Notes under the pieces: model-generated
Databases searched by the model: none
What the model was told of the DNA's origin: nothing
Seen by the model: only the letters and a program-made list of their open reading frames with translations
Part shown: positions 49,957 through 62,554 of the stretch, piece after piece
Layout of the letters: the number at the start of each line of letters is the position of its first letter
Position numbering within the stretch: position 1 is the first letter of the stretch
Translations under genes and position numbers: made by a program
Assembly (NCBI GenBank): GCA_976551045.1
Contig: CDPCPM010000095.1
Location: 19,468,001-19,532,000 of the forward strand
DNA: 64,000 bases
Direction of reading: 5' to 3'
Source of the DNA: Glaucostegus cemiculus
Taxonomy: Eukaryota

Positions 49957-50675
49957 CACTTGTTATAATTCTTTCATTTAATCGAATATTAACCTCAACA
50001 TTACCCATAATTAAACTAGTGGAATATATACTACATCCAGTTGTTAATGAATGTTGTGAAACATTTTATTTTTATTATTACTAGTTTGAAAAATGATTTG
50101 AAAATGTAGGGGAGAATTTGTGCAGTCGGATTTCCATAAGTCGGGTCATTTGCAACCCAGAGATCTCCTGTATACCACAGTCTTAAGTGTTCTCTTACAT
50201 GCGAGATGTTATTCTATGATTTCATCATTTGGTTGGTGTTGTAAATGCCATGGAACTATTTCAGGTGAGTTAGGAAGCTCTTGAAATGCCCCCAACAAAT
50301 CTCCCTACCTTGACCGACATCACTGTAAATGGAATCATCATTGGACTTCTGTTTGGGAGATATTGCCAGAACAAACCAACTGATCCACCTTCTGTTGTAA
50401 CAGATGTGACATCATTTCAAATACGATTCATTGTCCAAAGAACATTTGAACTTGGCAAAGTAATTTATGAGTGTCAATATTATTTATTATTTAAATTAAA
50501 TATTCTTACTTTGTAGGACACGAACACAGTATAATTGAAAATGAAATTTAGGGATGATTCTTTACTCCATTTGTGTGATGAGTTGAATGTGAATTTTGGC
50601 TACCATAACATTTTGATTTCATTTGATATTCTCTCCATTCAGAACTCTTGGCAATTTTCATTAAATCCAATATGA

Positions 50676-50897
50676 ATTGAATCGTGTTGATCGGCTAATT
50701 AACCTTAATTAAAAACTGCCTCAGTATGAGATATGATACAGTTTTAAAACAAAGTTCAAAGCCTGTTAATTCAAGTACAAAACAGCACTGTAGAAAGAGA
50801 GGAGTCGCACATTAGGATTCATTTTGATTTCACTTGAACATTACCCAGCTGTATATGTCTGCACTGGGTTAGATACAAAGCTTTTTGGCCTATTAAA
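50676..50897. repeat. Diverged non-coding duplicon, copy 1 (copy 2 at 54005-54205)
   Basis: Co-linear similarity: 'atcggct...aaaaactgc.tcagtatga.atatgat.cagttttaaaacaaagt...tacaaaacagcact.tag.aagagaggag...tttgatttcacttg'. Confidence 0.85.
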
Positions 50898-51704
50898 ATT
50901 AATTGTCAATATTTTTATTCTAAAGCAAAAGGTGCAAATATTTACATCTATCATGGGGGTAATGTAATTGTAATTACCATTTTTAAAGTAATAGTGCTCA
51001 ATCTAAGTTTAAGGCCCTGCATCTCATCTTTCAGTTTGCAGACTTCAAAACACATTCTAACAAATTCAGATTAAAACTACTGTTCCCTTTTACAGACAGC
51101 AGCTGCTGTTAGTGAACCTGCTACTTTCATTTACATATCCATCGGATCCATTTTTTCCCCACCCCTCTCCATTCTTTTTTGCCTTCGACTATTGTTCTTT
51201 TTGTCATTTAATCTCTCCTATTATTTTCATCTCAGAGATTCCATCTAACTCTTTCTGCCTTCTGTCATTCCCTGACTCCATCCTGGTTTGAAACTTGTAA
51301 GATCTCCAACATCTTCCAGTTCTGATGAAAGATCATCGATTGAAACATAATGCCTCGTGCATCTTCATTACTTTCTATTTGCCTTCTCACCTTTGATCAG
51401 ATATCCATTCACATCTCCCTGCTCAGCAACTGACCATGGCTCTGACATTTTTCAAATGGATTCCAGCAGAAATTCCTTCCTGCATGTTTTGGATTCACCT
51501 ATGATTATAGATACATCCAGGAAATTCATCAATTCTGTACTTAATGTCTTCATCGCATCCCGAGATCCACATTCAACACCACACACCATTGCATACATGT
51601 TCCTAGTTGCTTCCTTCAGCAGCACTAACTCATCTCTAAGGCCTCTTACCTTGCTTTGTTTGTTGCAAACTGCAGTATCTTTCAATACCTTAAGAAGGTG
51701 GCAT

Positions 51705-52215
51705 CTTCTCTGGTTAGACCACACTTGGAATATTGTGTTCAGTTCTGGTCGCCACATTATAGAAAGGATGTGGAAGCTTTAGAGGGGGTGCGGAGGAGAT
51801 TTACCAGGATGCTGCCCGGATTGGAGAGCATATCGTATGAGGATATGTTGAGCGAACTATGGCTTTTCTCTTTAGAGTGAAGGAGGATGAGAGGGGACTT
51901 GATAGAGGTGTACGAGACAATAGAGTGGAAAGTCAGAGACTTTTTCCCAGGGCGACAATGGCTAACATGAGGGGGCATAAATTTAAGGTGATTGGAGAAG
52001 GTATAGGGGGGATGTCAGAGGTAAGTTTTTTTTTACACAGAGAGTGGTGGGTGCATGGAACACACTGCCAGCAGAGGTTGTGGGGGCAGATACATTAGGG
52101 ACATTTAAGGGACTCTTAGATAAACACAGAATTATAGAAAAATAGGGGGCTATGTGGGAGTGAAGGTTTAGATAGGTCTTAGAGCAGGATAAAATGTCGG
52201 CACATCGTGGGCCTC
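51705..52215 (+). mobile_element. CR1 3' fragment
   Basis: [38 protein letters not shown] plus CR1 tail. Confidence 0.9.
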
Positions 52216-52575
52216 TTCTCACTGCTACTGTGGAGCAGGAGGTATAGAAGCCTGAAGTCCCACACCACCAGGTTCAGGAACAGCTACTTTCCTACAACCA
52301 TCAGCTTCTTGAACCAACCTGCCCAACCCTAACCCCACCTCAGCAATGGAACATTATGGACCACCTCTTGCACTACCATGGACAAGTCTCTGTGTCTTGT
52401 TTTGCACAGTCTTTGTTTTCTTCACTGTCTTGTATAATTTATGTATAACTTATGTTCTGTGCATTGTTGTCTGAATCTTTGTGCCTGTGATGCTGCTGTA
52501 AGTTTTTCACTGCACTTGTACCTCACGGTACTTGTGCACATGACAATGAACTCAACTTGATGACTTAACTTGACA
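52212..52575 (+). mobile_element. Rex1-type LINE 3' fragment (another tail at ~52740-52950)
   Basis: 'aggtatagaagcctgaagtcccacaccaccaggttcaggaacagctacttt' ending in 'aacttgatgacttaacttgac'. Confidence 0.8.
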
Positions 52576-53839
52576 ATATCCAAAATTAATATTCATTGAC
52601 GTCCTACATCGCTCATCTGTTATCATGCAATGAGTTCAAAGTGTATAGCTTGCAATCAACCTGGCAGTAAAGTTAAGGATGAATGTACATCGTAATAATT
52701 CAAAATAAGTCTTCCACGTTAAACATGAACTCTTGACTCACAATCTACCTTGTCATGGCCCTTGCATCTTATTGTCTACCTGCACTGCACTTTCTCCGTA
52801 ACTGTTACTGCAATACTATAGTCTGCATTCTGCTATTACATTTCCCTTGTAGTACCTCAGTGCACTTATGTTTTGAGATGATCTGTATGGCTAGTTTGCA
52901 AAACTAAGTTTTTCACTGTATCTCAGTACATGTGACAATGATAAGCCAACACTGAATGAAAGATGCATCAACCTCCACGTAGTAAAGATAACATTAAGTG
53001 TGAATTGGTAATCTTGCAATTATGCTCTAATTGGGTTTAGGAGATAAATAATGTTTCCCCCTGTGCTTTCCAAGATTATTTAAAATTGTTAACTTAGCTA
53101 CAGCATTGAATTGATTCACTGTCAATGTCATCACCATGATTGACCCTTATCCAGATGGGAGTTGCATTGATACTGGAGGAAAATAGATGGAATGCATTAA
53201 CAGTAATATGGATTTTGTAGTTCCAGTATCATTACTATTCTTTGGGCTATTGAGCAGATAATGACCTTAATTGTGAGATAACTGTTGTTTTAATAACATT
53301 GTTAATAATCACAGAATAATGGGCCAAAGGAAAGCACTTTGCCCTTAATTCTGAAAGGGTCAAAGAGAAGTGCTTTGTCTATTTAACCTTGAATAACATA
53401 AATTAAAATAACTATTATTCAACTCCCTCTGTAGGTTTGCACCTCCTTCTCTCTAACCTCTCTGGTCCAATCACTACACTCCACCAATTTTGGCCTCTTG
53501 CACACCCCCAATTACTTTTACTCCATCGTTATTGACTGCTTGTCCCTTCAAGTAGCTTGGTTACATCCATTGGAAAGCATATGCACCAAGACTCGACAGT
53601 TAATTTGCTGGTATGTTAATCAAGCATGTTAACAGTGATAATTGTCAGCCCAATGAATTATACATTTTTAATAGTTTTAATGATTTAAAACAAAAAGTTC
53701 CTGCTAAATAATAGGCAGTAATAGCATAAGAATATCATGGGATGTACATGCTAATAATTCACACAATTTCTGGTCATAATTTATTAGCTCAGGAGTTGGG
53801 TAGAGGGAGGATTGAATGAAGCAGCATTTTAACACAGAG

Positions 53840-53909
53840 CCCTTTGACTAATGCTTCTTAAGTGTGGCCACATTCCCTTTGACTAATGCTTCTTAAGTGT
53901 GGCCACATT
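53840..53909. repeat. Perfect 35-bp tandem duplication
   Basis: ccctttgactaatgcttcttaagtgtggccacatt x2. Confidence 0.95.
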
Positions 53910-54004
53910 GTCCATCAACGAGTGGGCCTCTCACAATCGTAAAGTTTCTCTCAGGTGGACTCACGAGGAAGCTATACCATGATGCGAATTGGACCTTGGC
54001 TAGG

Positions 54005-54205
54005 ATTGAGTAGTGTTTATCGGCTGATTCCTCTTGATAAAAACTGCTTCAGTATGATATATGATGCAGTTTTAAAACAAAGTCTGTTGACTTGACTACA
54101 AAACAGCACTATAGGAAGAGAGGAGATAAATTTGATTTCACTTGGATGTTACTCAGCTGAATATGCCTACATTAGTTTAAATACAGAGCTTTCTGGCTTA
54201 TTAAA
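54005..54205. repeat. Diverged non-coding duplicon, copy 2
   Basis: See 50676-50897. Confidence 0.85.
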
Positions 54206-55241
54206 TGAAGCTTAAGGGCCGATATCAACAAGCCTTGTTCCATGCATTGGGCTCAGATGTAGCACTCTCTACTGCATCCAGACACACTACCCACTCAATG
54301 CTACAAAACCAAATTTATGAAGATATGTCCTTGGATCTCCCAGTCTCCAGTCTATGAAGGATCTCAAGAGTTTCAGATACATTAAGAGCAAACCAAAGGT
54401 TTGGGACATCAAAGGATTGAAATAAGCTTTGCACTGTCTGGGGTAAGCTGATCATGGTAGGGCAGGCTGGGGGAGAAAGTGGGGGGCAACTTGCCTAATG
54501 CAGGTGTTCTCAGAGCAACCCTGGCAAGAAACTGGGATGCATTTCTCCACACTGTAGCCTGCACTGCACTGATGCTTGAGGGAATGAGAATTTTCTGCGC
54601 TGGACTTGATGTGGACTGCTTTGTCCTGCATGGAATCGAGCTTCCTGAATGACCTTGAGTACTTTGAAATGCTAAACTAACATTGGAATCTTAAATGCTC
54701 TATGAACACAAAATTATGCTTAAGATTTTTGAAGTTAATTGCAAAACAATTGCTGAACAAACTTAAAAACTACAGGCTCTTACTGTCACGTCAGATGGTT
54801 TCATCTGGAAAATGCCAATCTCCTGCCTGTCTTTCCATCACCATATACAAAGGCCTGGGTGGAAAGACTCACCCAGTAGCTATGTTTGAGTGATGGGAAG
54901 CCAGTCTTTTATTCATTACCTTCTGCTTCAGAGACAATTTAATCTGCTGGGCCACTTTTACATATTTAAATTTATGCAGAATATTTGAAATTGAATGGCA
55001 GATGCAAAGGATAAATGAAAAAATGTGTTCAAAATATAAATTTCCAGTATACATATCAACATCAATGGTGAGGACACTAAATAAAACAATACTCTGCCAG
55101 CAATGGCCAGAAAGAGATGTCAAACAATCTAATTGGCACTTTGATGCTTGCTATCATAATGAAAAAGAAGCCTTGCATTTATGTAACAAAAAGTGTTGGA
55201 GGAACTCAGCAGGTCAGGCAGCATCTGTGGAGAGAAATAAA

Positions 55242-55279
55242 CAGTCAATGTTTCAGGTCGAGACCCTTCATCAGGACTG
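55242..55279 (-). ncRNA. Minimal type I hammerhead ribozyme motif in a PLE-derived repeat (~55187-55310)
   Basis: Minus strand CAGUC-CUGAUGA-A-GGGUCUCGACCU-GAAA-CAUU-GACUG: intact core boxes, stem I CAGUC/GACUG, stem II hairpin, NUH triplet. Activity untested. Confidence 0.7.
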
Positions 55280-55344
55280 GTGATGAAGGATCTCCATCCG
55301 AGAGCCATCACTGTTGCAATGTAGGATTTGTCTTTTAATTCATT

Positions 55345-55780
55345 TTACAAAATATGGACTTTGCCGGCAAGGCCAGCATTTATTGCCTATCCATTATTAC
55401 CCTGAGTAGGTGGTGTTGAGCCACCTTCTTTAAGCACTGCAGTCCTTCTTGTGAAGGTGATAACACAGTACTGTTGGGGAGGGTGTTCAAGGACTTAGAC
55501 CCAGTGACAATAAAGGAATGGGTAATACATTTTCTAATCAGGAATGTGTGTGGCTTGAAAGGGAACCTGCAGATGATTGAGTCTGTTTACACCTGCTGCC
55601 CATGTACTTCTTGGTGGTAAGAGGTCACCGGTTTAGGAGGTGCTGTTGGATTAGCCTGAGGTGAGTAAAAGCAGTGTATTTTGTTGATGGTCCACACCGT
55701 GGTGCGCTGATGATGGAGGGAATAAATGCTTAGAGTGGTGGATGTGGGTGCCAATCAAATGGAGGGCTTTGTCCTGACTG
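55345..55780 (-). mobile_element. Old LINE (CR1/L2 group) 3' fragment
   Basis: Same family as 8485-8890 ('ggcaaggccagcatttattgcc'). Confidence 0.55.
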
Positions 55781-58634
55781 GGAATGGGCTACTTACTGTT
55801 GTGGCAATGTAGTGGCCAATTTGCACACAGCAAGCTCCCACAAAAAGCTTTCTGTTGATAAGTAGATAATTTAAGTTTGTGCTATTACTTGAGAGATAGT
55901 CATTGCTAATGGTACAAGAGCAAAGTTCCCCTCTCTTTTTTGAAATGATGAACTGGTAACACATGAAAACCAAAGATGAAAGAGCAGGCTTCCTTGGCAA
56001 AGCTTTACATTTACCAAAATGGGTGCGGATGTATATCTCCAGAGCGGGCAGCACCCATTACACACCCACCAGAGTTGAGATACGTAGTCCTAAATGATCC
56101 TTACAGTGAAGGGATAGAACACAAACAAATGGCACCAGCAAGTCAGCAGAATCCATGAGCATTGGGTGTAAGCTGAGGAGATGCGCTCTCTTCTCTGACC
56201 ATGGAAAGCCTATTCCAAAAATTTCTTCTGCAAGAGACACAAGAAGACATCGTGGAGATGTTGTGTAGTAGGCTGAAAATGGGACTTTGCTGATGCACTG
56301 CATTCTTGTGGCAAAGGGCAAACAAACATCAAGTTCCTGTTAACCAGCATCAGGAACTCAGTGGTGGTGTAAGGTTAAATCCAGCTGATGAAATGCTACC
56401 TGATCTGAATGTCCACCGAGTCCCGAACAAGTATTCACAATCTACCCTGTCAGCCACATTAACCTAAGCCAGCTGAAGGAAGACACCAGATGGACAGACC
56501 TTGTCGAAGCAGTGAACCAGGTTTCAGAAGAGACGGATGTTAACAAGGGATAATCAACCCAGGACAGTGTAGGATTTATCAGAATGGATCATGTCACCAA
56601 TTCAGTATCAAAAAAGAGCTGGCTGTGTGCAAGCTGCCTGCCATGCTTCCTGCACTACATCAGAGACTACGATTTAAAAGCAAAGTACTACAGATGCTGG
56701 AAATTTGAAACAAAACAGAAAACATTGGAAATACTCATTGGTGAAGCATCACTAAGCTGAAACATTAGCTCCGTTTCTCACTCCACAGATGCTGCCTCAC
56801 AAGGCCGGCATTCTCTGCTGTACTTCAGAAGGACTCACCAAGTCGTAAAGTTATTTGTGATGTTTTGAAGGGGACATGAGAGGTGCTGAATAAATGTTTT
56901 CTTATTTTATATGCAATCTCCCAGACAGGTTTTGATTGCCTGAGAGAATTGGTGTGGAATTTTACTGGGTATTTCATTTTCCCTTCATGAAGCCTGTTTA
57001 TTTTTCTTGGTTTATTTTGCCGCTGTAAGGCTGTGCTGGAGGAAGCAGGGTGTAGAGGGCAAAGGGAAGGTGTACTTAACAGAGCAATGTGGGACAGTCT
57101 TGATGGTCTTTCCTTTACTTGACACTTTCACATATTACTAAGGCTGCTGAAAGTACACTGAATATCGAACAAGCTATCTCATATTCTACGGTTTCTTTGA
57201 TCGATGAACAAACACCGTGACAGCTCACTCATCTCAAGCTATAACCCGCATTTATTAAGAAACTGATCTGGCAAAAGCAGGAGAAAATATTTGACAAGAC
57301 TGCAAAACTTTACCTTAACCTACACTCCTATTCTCAGAGTAATAGAGTTTTGATGTCCTTGAGTTTCTCCAGAATGACATCCAATTTAGATTGGGTACAG
57401 CGATGCGGTGTTTATACAAGATGTTGAATATTCATGCTGTGTCTTTGCTAACCCTTGCATGTTAAAAGATTGGTGATGCAGAAACTCATTAAATGGCCTC
57501 AATAGTTACACCAAGTCTTTCAAATTTATCTTGAGACAAAGAGTTTTTTTGAAAGAAGGTCTCCCACTACAGAACAAAGCTGTCACTCATATTTGGATCC
57601 AACGGTGCTAGGCTGGTTATCCAGAAATCTGTTTCAAGACATCTATTTCTCTTAGGTCAAGGACAAACCACAAGACCACTTCCTTGTAGGACCTCCTGAT
57701 GAGATAAATGCTTATTTCTATTTCTTTCTCACAGTCTACTCTCTCATTAACTGTTTGTGTCACCGAGGTAGATTTGGAAATTAACATTCATTAAGCAGTC
57801 TACCTATGCAAAGGTGACTTATCCAGCTCTTTGAAGTGACATTAGGACAGACTACATGGTATTTTCATAGAAACTATCGATGGTGAAGAGTAACCAAATA
57901 TAATAAAAATGCAAGGATTGAAATTCATCCTCCATATCAAGCACAAAAAATACGATGTGAAAGCACAAGTGTGTTCCCATATTCCAGTTCTGTTAGTCTC
58001 AAAGTACAATCTTCAGTTACATTGCATGCATTATATAGGTACATGATGGATGAGGAATTTCTATCTTGTAGTCTTCCTTATTTGAAGCAATCCATATTTC
58101 TGATCCCTCATGATCTCTGTTATTTTTTTAATTTAAGCCAAATTTTGACTAGCGAGTTAGATATCTTCAATGGCACAAGTGTTTTCATTACTAAAAGCAG
58201 TCAGCACTGTGTTATCAGGACACACCCTGAAGATTATAGGTTCAAATTATAATGGGGCAGGCTGCGAATCCATCCATTTGTTATGGGACAGTGCTTGGTT
58301 CCGTGAGACAACTATCCACTCTACGCAAAAGTTGCATTTCACTATGTGTTTCGATGTACATGTGACTAATAATAATATCTTATCTTATCTGCAGAATCTC
58401 ATGTCTCCTTTTGTTCTTCTGTTTTGAACATCATATCGCAGAATGGAAGATGTCTGTGTCTGATATCGTTTAATATAGGGTGGCTGTTACATCCAAGCTT
58501 GACAAAGTGACACCTTAGTCCAATGACAAAGTGATCTATGAAGTCAGGTCTCCATTGCGTGGACATTAAACATAATAATCCTATTGCTGTGAGTCACTGC
58601 TCTAACTGTTGAAGGTTTTGTTTATAAAGCTGTG

Positions 58635-58960
58635 GAAAGATACAGGCCCTCTGGTCCACTGAGTCTGCACAACATCGATCTTCATTCTTTTGCACTGCTC
58701 CTATCATAACTCGTTTTATTCTCCTCACATTCATATCAACTCCCATCCAACCAAAGATTCTGCCTCTCACCTACACGCCAGGAGCAATTTACAGTGGACG
58801 ATTCATTTTTGGGATGTGGGATGTGGGAAGAAAATGGAGCACCCAGAGGAAACCCATACATTCAAAGGGTGAACATGCAAACTCCTCGTAGACAGAGGTC
58901 AGGATTGAGCCTGGGTCACCAGACCTGTGAAGCAGCCCTTCTACTAGCAGTGCCACTGTG
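58635..58960 (-). mobile_element. V-SINE (HE1-like)
   Basis: 'gatgtgggaagaaaatggagcacccagaggaaacccata' V-domain. Confidence 0.7.
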
Positions 58961-59027
58961 CTGACTTATCTTTGACTGTTTGCCAGGCATCTGTAGTTTT
59001 ATCTCCATTTTCAATGATCTCTATTGG

Positions 59028-59542
59028 AACACAGAACGCTACAGCACAGTACAGGCCCTTCAGACCACAATGTTGTGCCGACATTTTATCCTGCTCTAAG
59101 ATCTTTCTAACCCTTCCCTCCCACATAGCCTTCTCCGCACCCCCCCCCCCAATTTCTCTATAGTTCATGTGTCTATGTTAGAGTCTCTTAAATGTCCCTA
59201 ATATATCTGCCACCACAACCTCTGCTGGCAGTGCACTCCATGCAGCCACCACTCTCTGTGTAAAAAAAACTTACCCCTGACATCCCCCTTATATCTTCCC
59301 CCAATCACCTTAAAATTATGTCCCCTCATGTTGGCCATTTTCGTCCTGGAAAAGAGTCTCTGACTGTCCACTCGATTTATGCCTCTTATCTTGTACACCT
59401 CTATCAAGTCACCTCTCATCCTCCTCCTCTCCAAAGAGAAAAGCCCTAACTCACTCAGCCTATCCTCATAAGACATGCTCTCCAATCCAGGCAACATCCT
59501 GGTAAATCTCCTCTGCGCCCTCTCTAAAGCTTCCACATCCAC
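59028..59542 (-). mobile_element. CR1 3' fragment (young family)
   Basis: ORF 59198-59542 [37 protein letters not shown]. Confidence 0.9.
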
Positions 59543-60294
59543 CTTTCAGGATAGAAACTTACTGTTGATTGCATGTGCTAAACACTATACATTATCAGCT
59601 GCTCATTATATTTTATTGTGAAATGCAATTCCTTTGACTAACGATGATCATGATGTTTGCTAGTATTGGCAACTCTTGTTGGCAATGTAAAATTGTGTCT
59701 TTGCTTTATTTCTTAAATATCTTACTGATAAAGTAATATTTTACCTGTGACAGGCAAGTTTCTCATCATTGTGTTCAATTCCGTCCATGATTTTGTTCAA
59801 TGCTAATTTTTTAAAAATCTACTTCAGCTTTATAGGCTTACACGGTCAATGCATTGCTCCACATCTTTGCTTAATTATTCACTGTTGGCTGTGCTTTTAT
59901 TTGCCAAGCTCCTGAGTTCTGAAATTCCTTTCTAAACCCTTCCGCTTCTACCACCTTCCTTGTACTCCTTATAACCCTTTTCTTTGACAAGGTTGCTTGT
60001 TCAAAGCTGGTTTGCTAAGTCTTCAGTGAAACAATGCGGGATGTTTTACCTCTCTGGAGGCAAAATTGAAGCTGTTGGAGTCAGCCTTAACACAGAATCT
60101 TCTGTTTTAGCAGTGGGAGTGCTGCTTTGAACTGTGGGTGAAAATTGGGAGACCTGGTGAATTAGTGAGAATTATATGACATTATTTCCCTGCATCGCTA
60201 TCTCTTTCTTTTTGTTTTTGTGACTATGGAGTGAAAGACACTTCCATTTTACTACATGCGTCATACCCAAAGTACTATGAGCAAATAGTTATTA

Positions 60295-60546
60295 CAGCTA
60301 CTCCTCAATTTACGAAAGGGATGATTTCTTGGAAAATATTTCATTAAGTGACGTTTCATTCATCAAAAAGGCTCATTGAAGTGCATTATGTGTTTTCTGG
60401 TACTGTGTTCTTTTTTGGGCAGAGAGTGGGGCACTATTTGCTGTTGTGATAAATAGATTTGTAAATCAAAATCACGTACCCCAAAGAATGAAAGTTGTTA
60501 CAACAGAAATTTGTAAGTCAAGTGTCCATAGATCAAGGAATTACCA
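60295..60546. mobile_element. Old Tigger-like non-autonomous DNA transposon
   Basis: TA flanks with degenerate TIRs 'cagctactcctcaatttacg' / 'catagatcaaggaattacca'. Confidence 0.45.
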
Positions 60547-62019
60547 TAGAACCAATGTGTGTGTGATGTCTTTATCGTCAGATGGTAAAGTAGTTGGCAT
60601 TTCTTTGGGGTGAATTTTCCTGACCAGACCTTCTGCTTGCTCCTGCCTGCCCCCCCCCATCCACCACACGATCCCCACCAATCCCCACTTAGTTACACTG
60701 GCTATCGGGTGTGGGGGGGGGGTGGAAATAATTGGGAGACTTCCAGTGAAGCCTATTGAGGCCCCGGCAGCATACAGACCTTGGGTAACGCTGCCTTGGA
60801 ACACCCCAACGTTCTTTAACACGAGGCAAGGCTGGTGAGGCTTCTTGTCCAATAACAATGTCTATTTTATTGGGAGACATTAAAAAAAATGTAAGTAATA
60901 AAATAAGAAGTAATTAGGTTAACTGGAACCATATTAAAATGCCTACAAACATTGAAGCAAATTAAAATCATTGGTAAAAAGGCATGTATTTCTCCATTCT
61001 CCAGGACAAGGATCCTTATTGAAAGCATCCTCTGCTTCATAAAAGCTGACAGGATTGGTGAAGCAATTCCACAGCTCAATGCTAGACAGTCCAGAGTTGG
61101 AGTGCAGTGACCAATGAGGTACCATCTGTCACTCAGTGAGTCCCACACTTGCTTGTATGAGACCAGCTGGCTGCCTTCAGAACCACTGACCACAGCCAGC
61201 ATGACTTTACCCCTCTGCATAATACAGAGAACACAAGCAGATAAGAAATAGAGCTGGGATTGACAATACCATTTCTCATACTCTTGCATCTATGGCTTAA
61301 CAATGCAAACGTTGTGCACAATAGCTCCTAAGAACAGGGATCTGGATTATCTTGGGATATACAGACAGCATCATCTGTTTGCTCAGCACATGTAATAACT
61401 GAAGGCAGTCTAGTGTTGAGGCACAGCAACTTCAACCTTCCCCACTCACAACGTTCGCTGTTAATCCAGTTTCACTGCAGGACACGTGCTTTGTCTAATT
61501 TCATTCCCGTGCCTGGGAATGATGGGAGTTTGTCATTCAGTGTGATGTCAAGCTATCCAAGGTAGGTGAGTGGAAATACTTGCGATGAATCCAGAAGGAG
61601 ATCAGGAAGAAACATCTGGCAAAGCAGTGAGCTGGGAGTTTTGTAGCTGGAGGAAATGATTCTGTTTGCAGTAAGCCTGATAAATTATAGTTGACTGTAC
61701 TGGTGCTTCCAGCTAAAATGTATGAGGTGCTTAGTGAGTGCAGGGTTGCATGCAAAGAGTGAAAGTGGCTGATGTCTCAAGTGCTTAGCTTGGACTTTGA
61801 AACGATGTGAAATATGTTGAAACAGTTCACATAAATAAACCTCAGAGTTTTTTTTAGAATCACACGTTTAATGTAGCATTTAACATCATGTAAATCCTGA
61901 ACACTTCGCTGATACCTCCATCGCCTTAGTTGTATCATCTCAACACGCTAGTGACTTTGAATCCAATGTATTGAGAATACATATACAAGCACACGTACAC
62001 AATTACACTAAAAGCAAAT

Positions 62020-62238
62020 AATTGCAGGGGCTGTGATTCTGAAATAAAAAAAAACAAAATGCTAGCAATGGCACAGCAGGTAGCATCTGTGGAGAGAAAA
62101 AAGGATTAAGCACTTCATGTTGATGACCTTTCATCAGAACTGATGCCAGGCCATTACCTGTCACATTAATTAACTCTGTTTATCTCCACATGGATGCTGC
62201 TTTACATGCAGAGTGTTTCTAGCATTGTCTGTTTTTAC
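62020..62238. mobile_element. Diverged PLE-derived fold-back element
   Basis: 'agcatctgtggaga' (~62082) is inverted relative to 'tctccacatggatgctgct' (~62183). Central 'tcatcagaactgatg'. Confidence 0.55.
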
Positions 62239-62554
62239 ATGATCATTCTTATACCCGACACTATTCAGATATAGTTCACTCCAAATATCGTGCAAGTTAA
62301 CTTTGAGCTTCCCCTTTTACTCATCGTGATACACTGATTGGGTTTAATATAGTGGGGTGGATCAGACTCTCGTGAAGCCTAAGTACCAGCATGGACTATT
62401 TGGGGCAGGGTGCTGTTTCTGCACTATGTATCGTACACAGCTTGATATGAAATGGAAATAGAAAATGTGAGAAATGCACAACAGACCTGTTAGAAACTGA
62501 ATAAAATATTTATTGGCATGAATAGAAGACTGCCGGCCAACACGAGAAGAGAGC

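Noticed and set aside
51452-51700. Minus-strand ORF with coiled-coil-like composition
   Set aside because: No splice context or recognisable family; possibly a decayed LINE ORF1 piece.
53840-53909. CRISPR-like direct repeats
   Set aside because: Simple two-unit tandem duplication with no spacer, in eukaryotic DNA.
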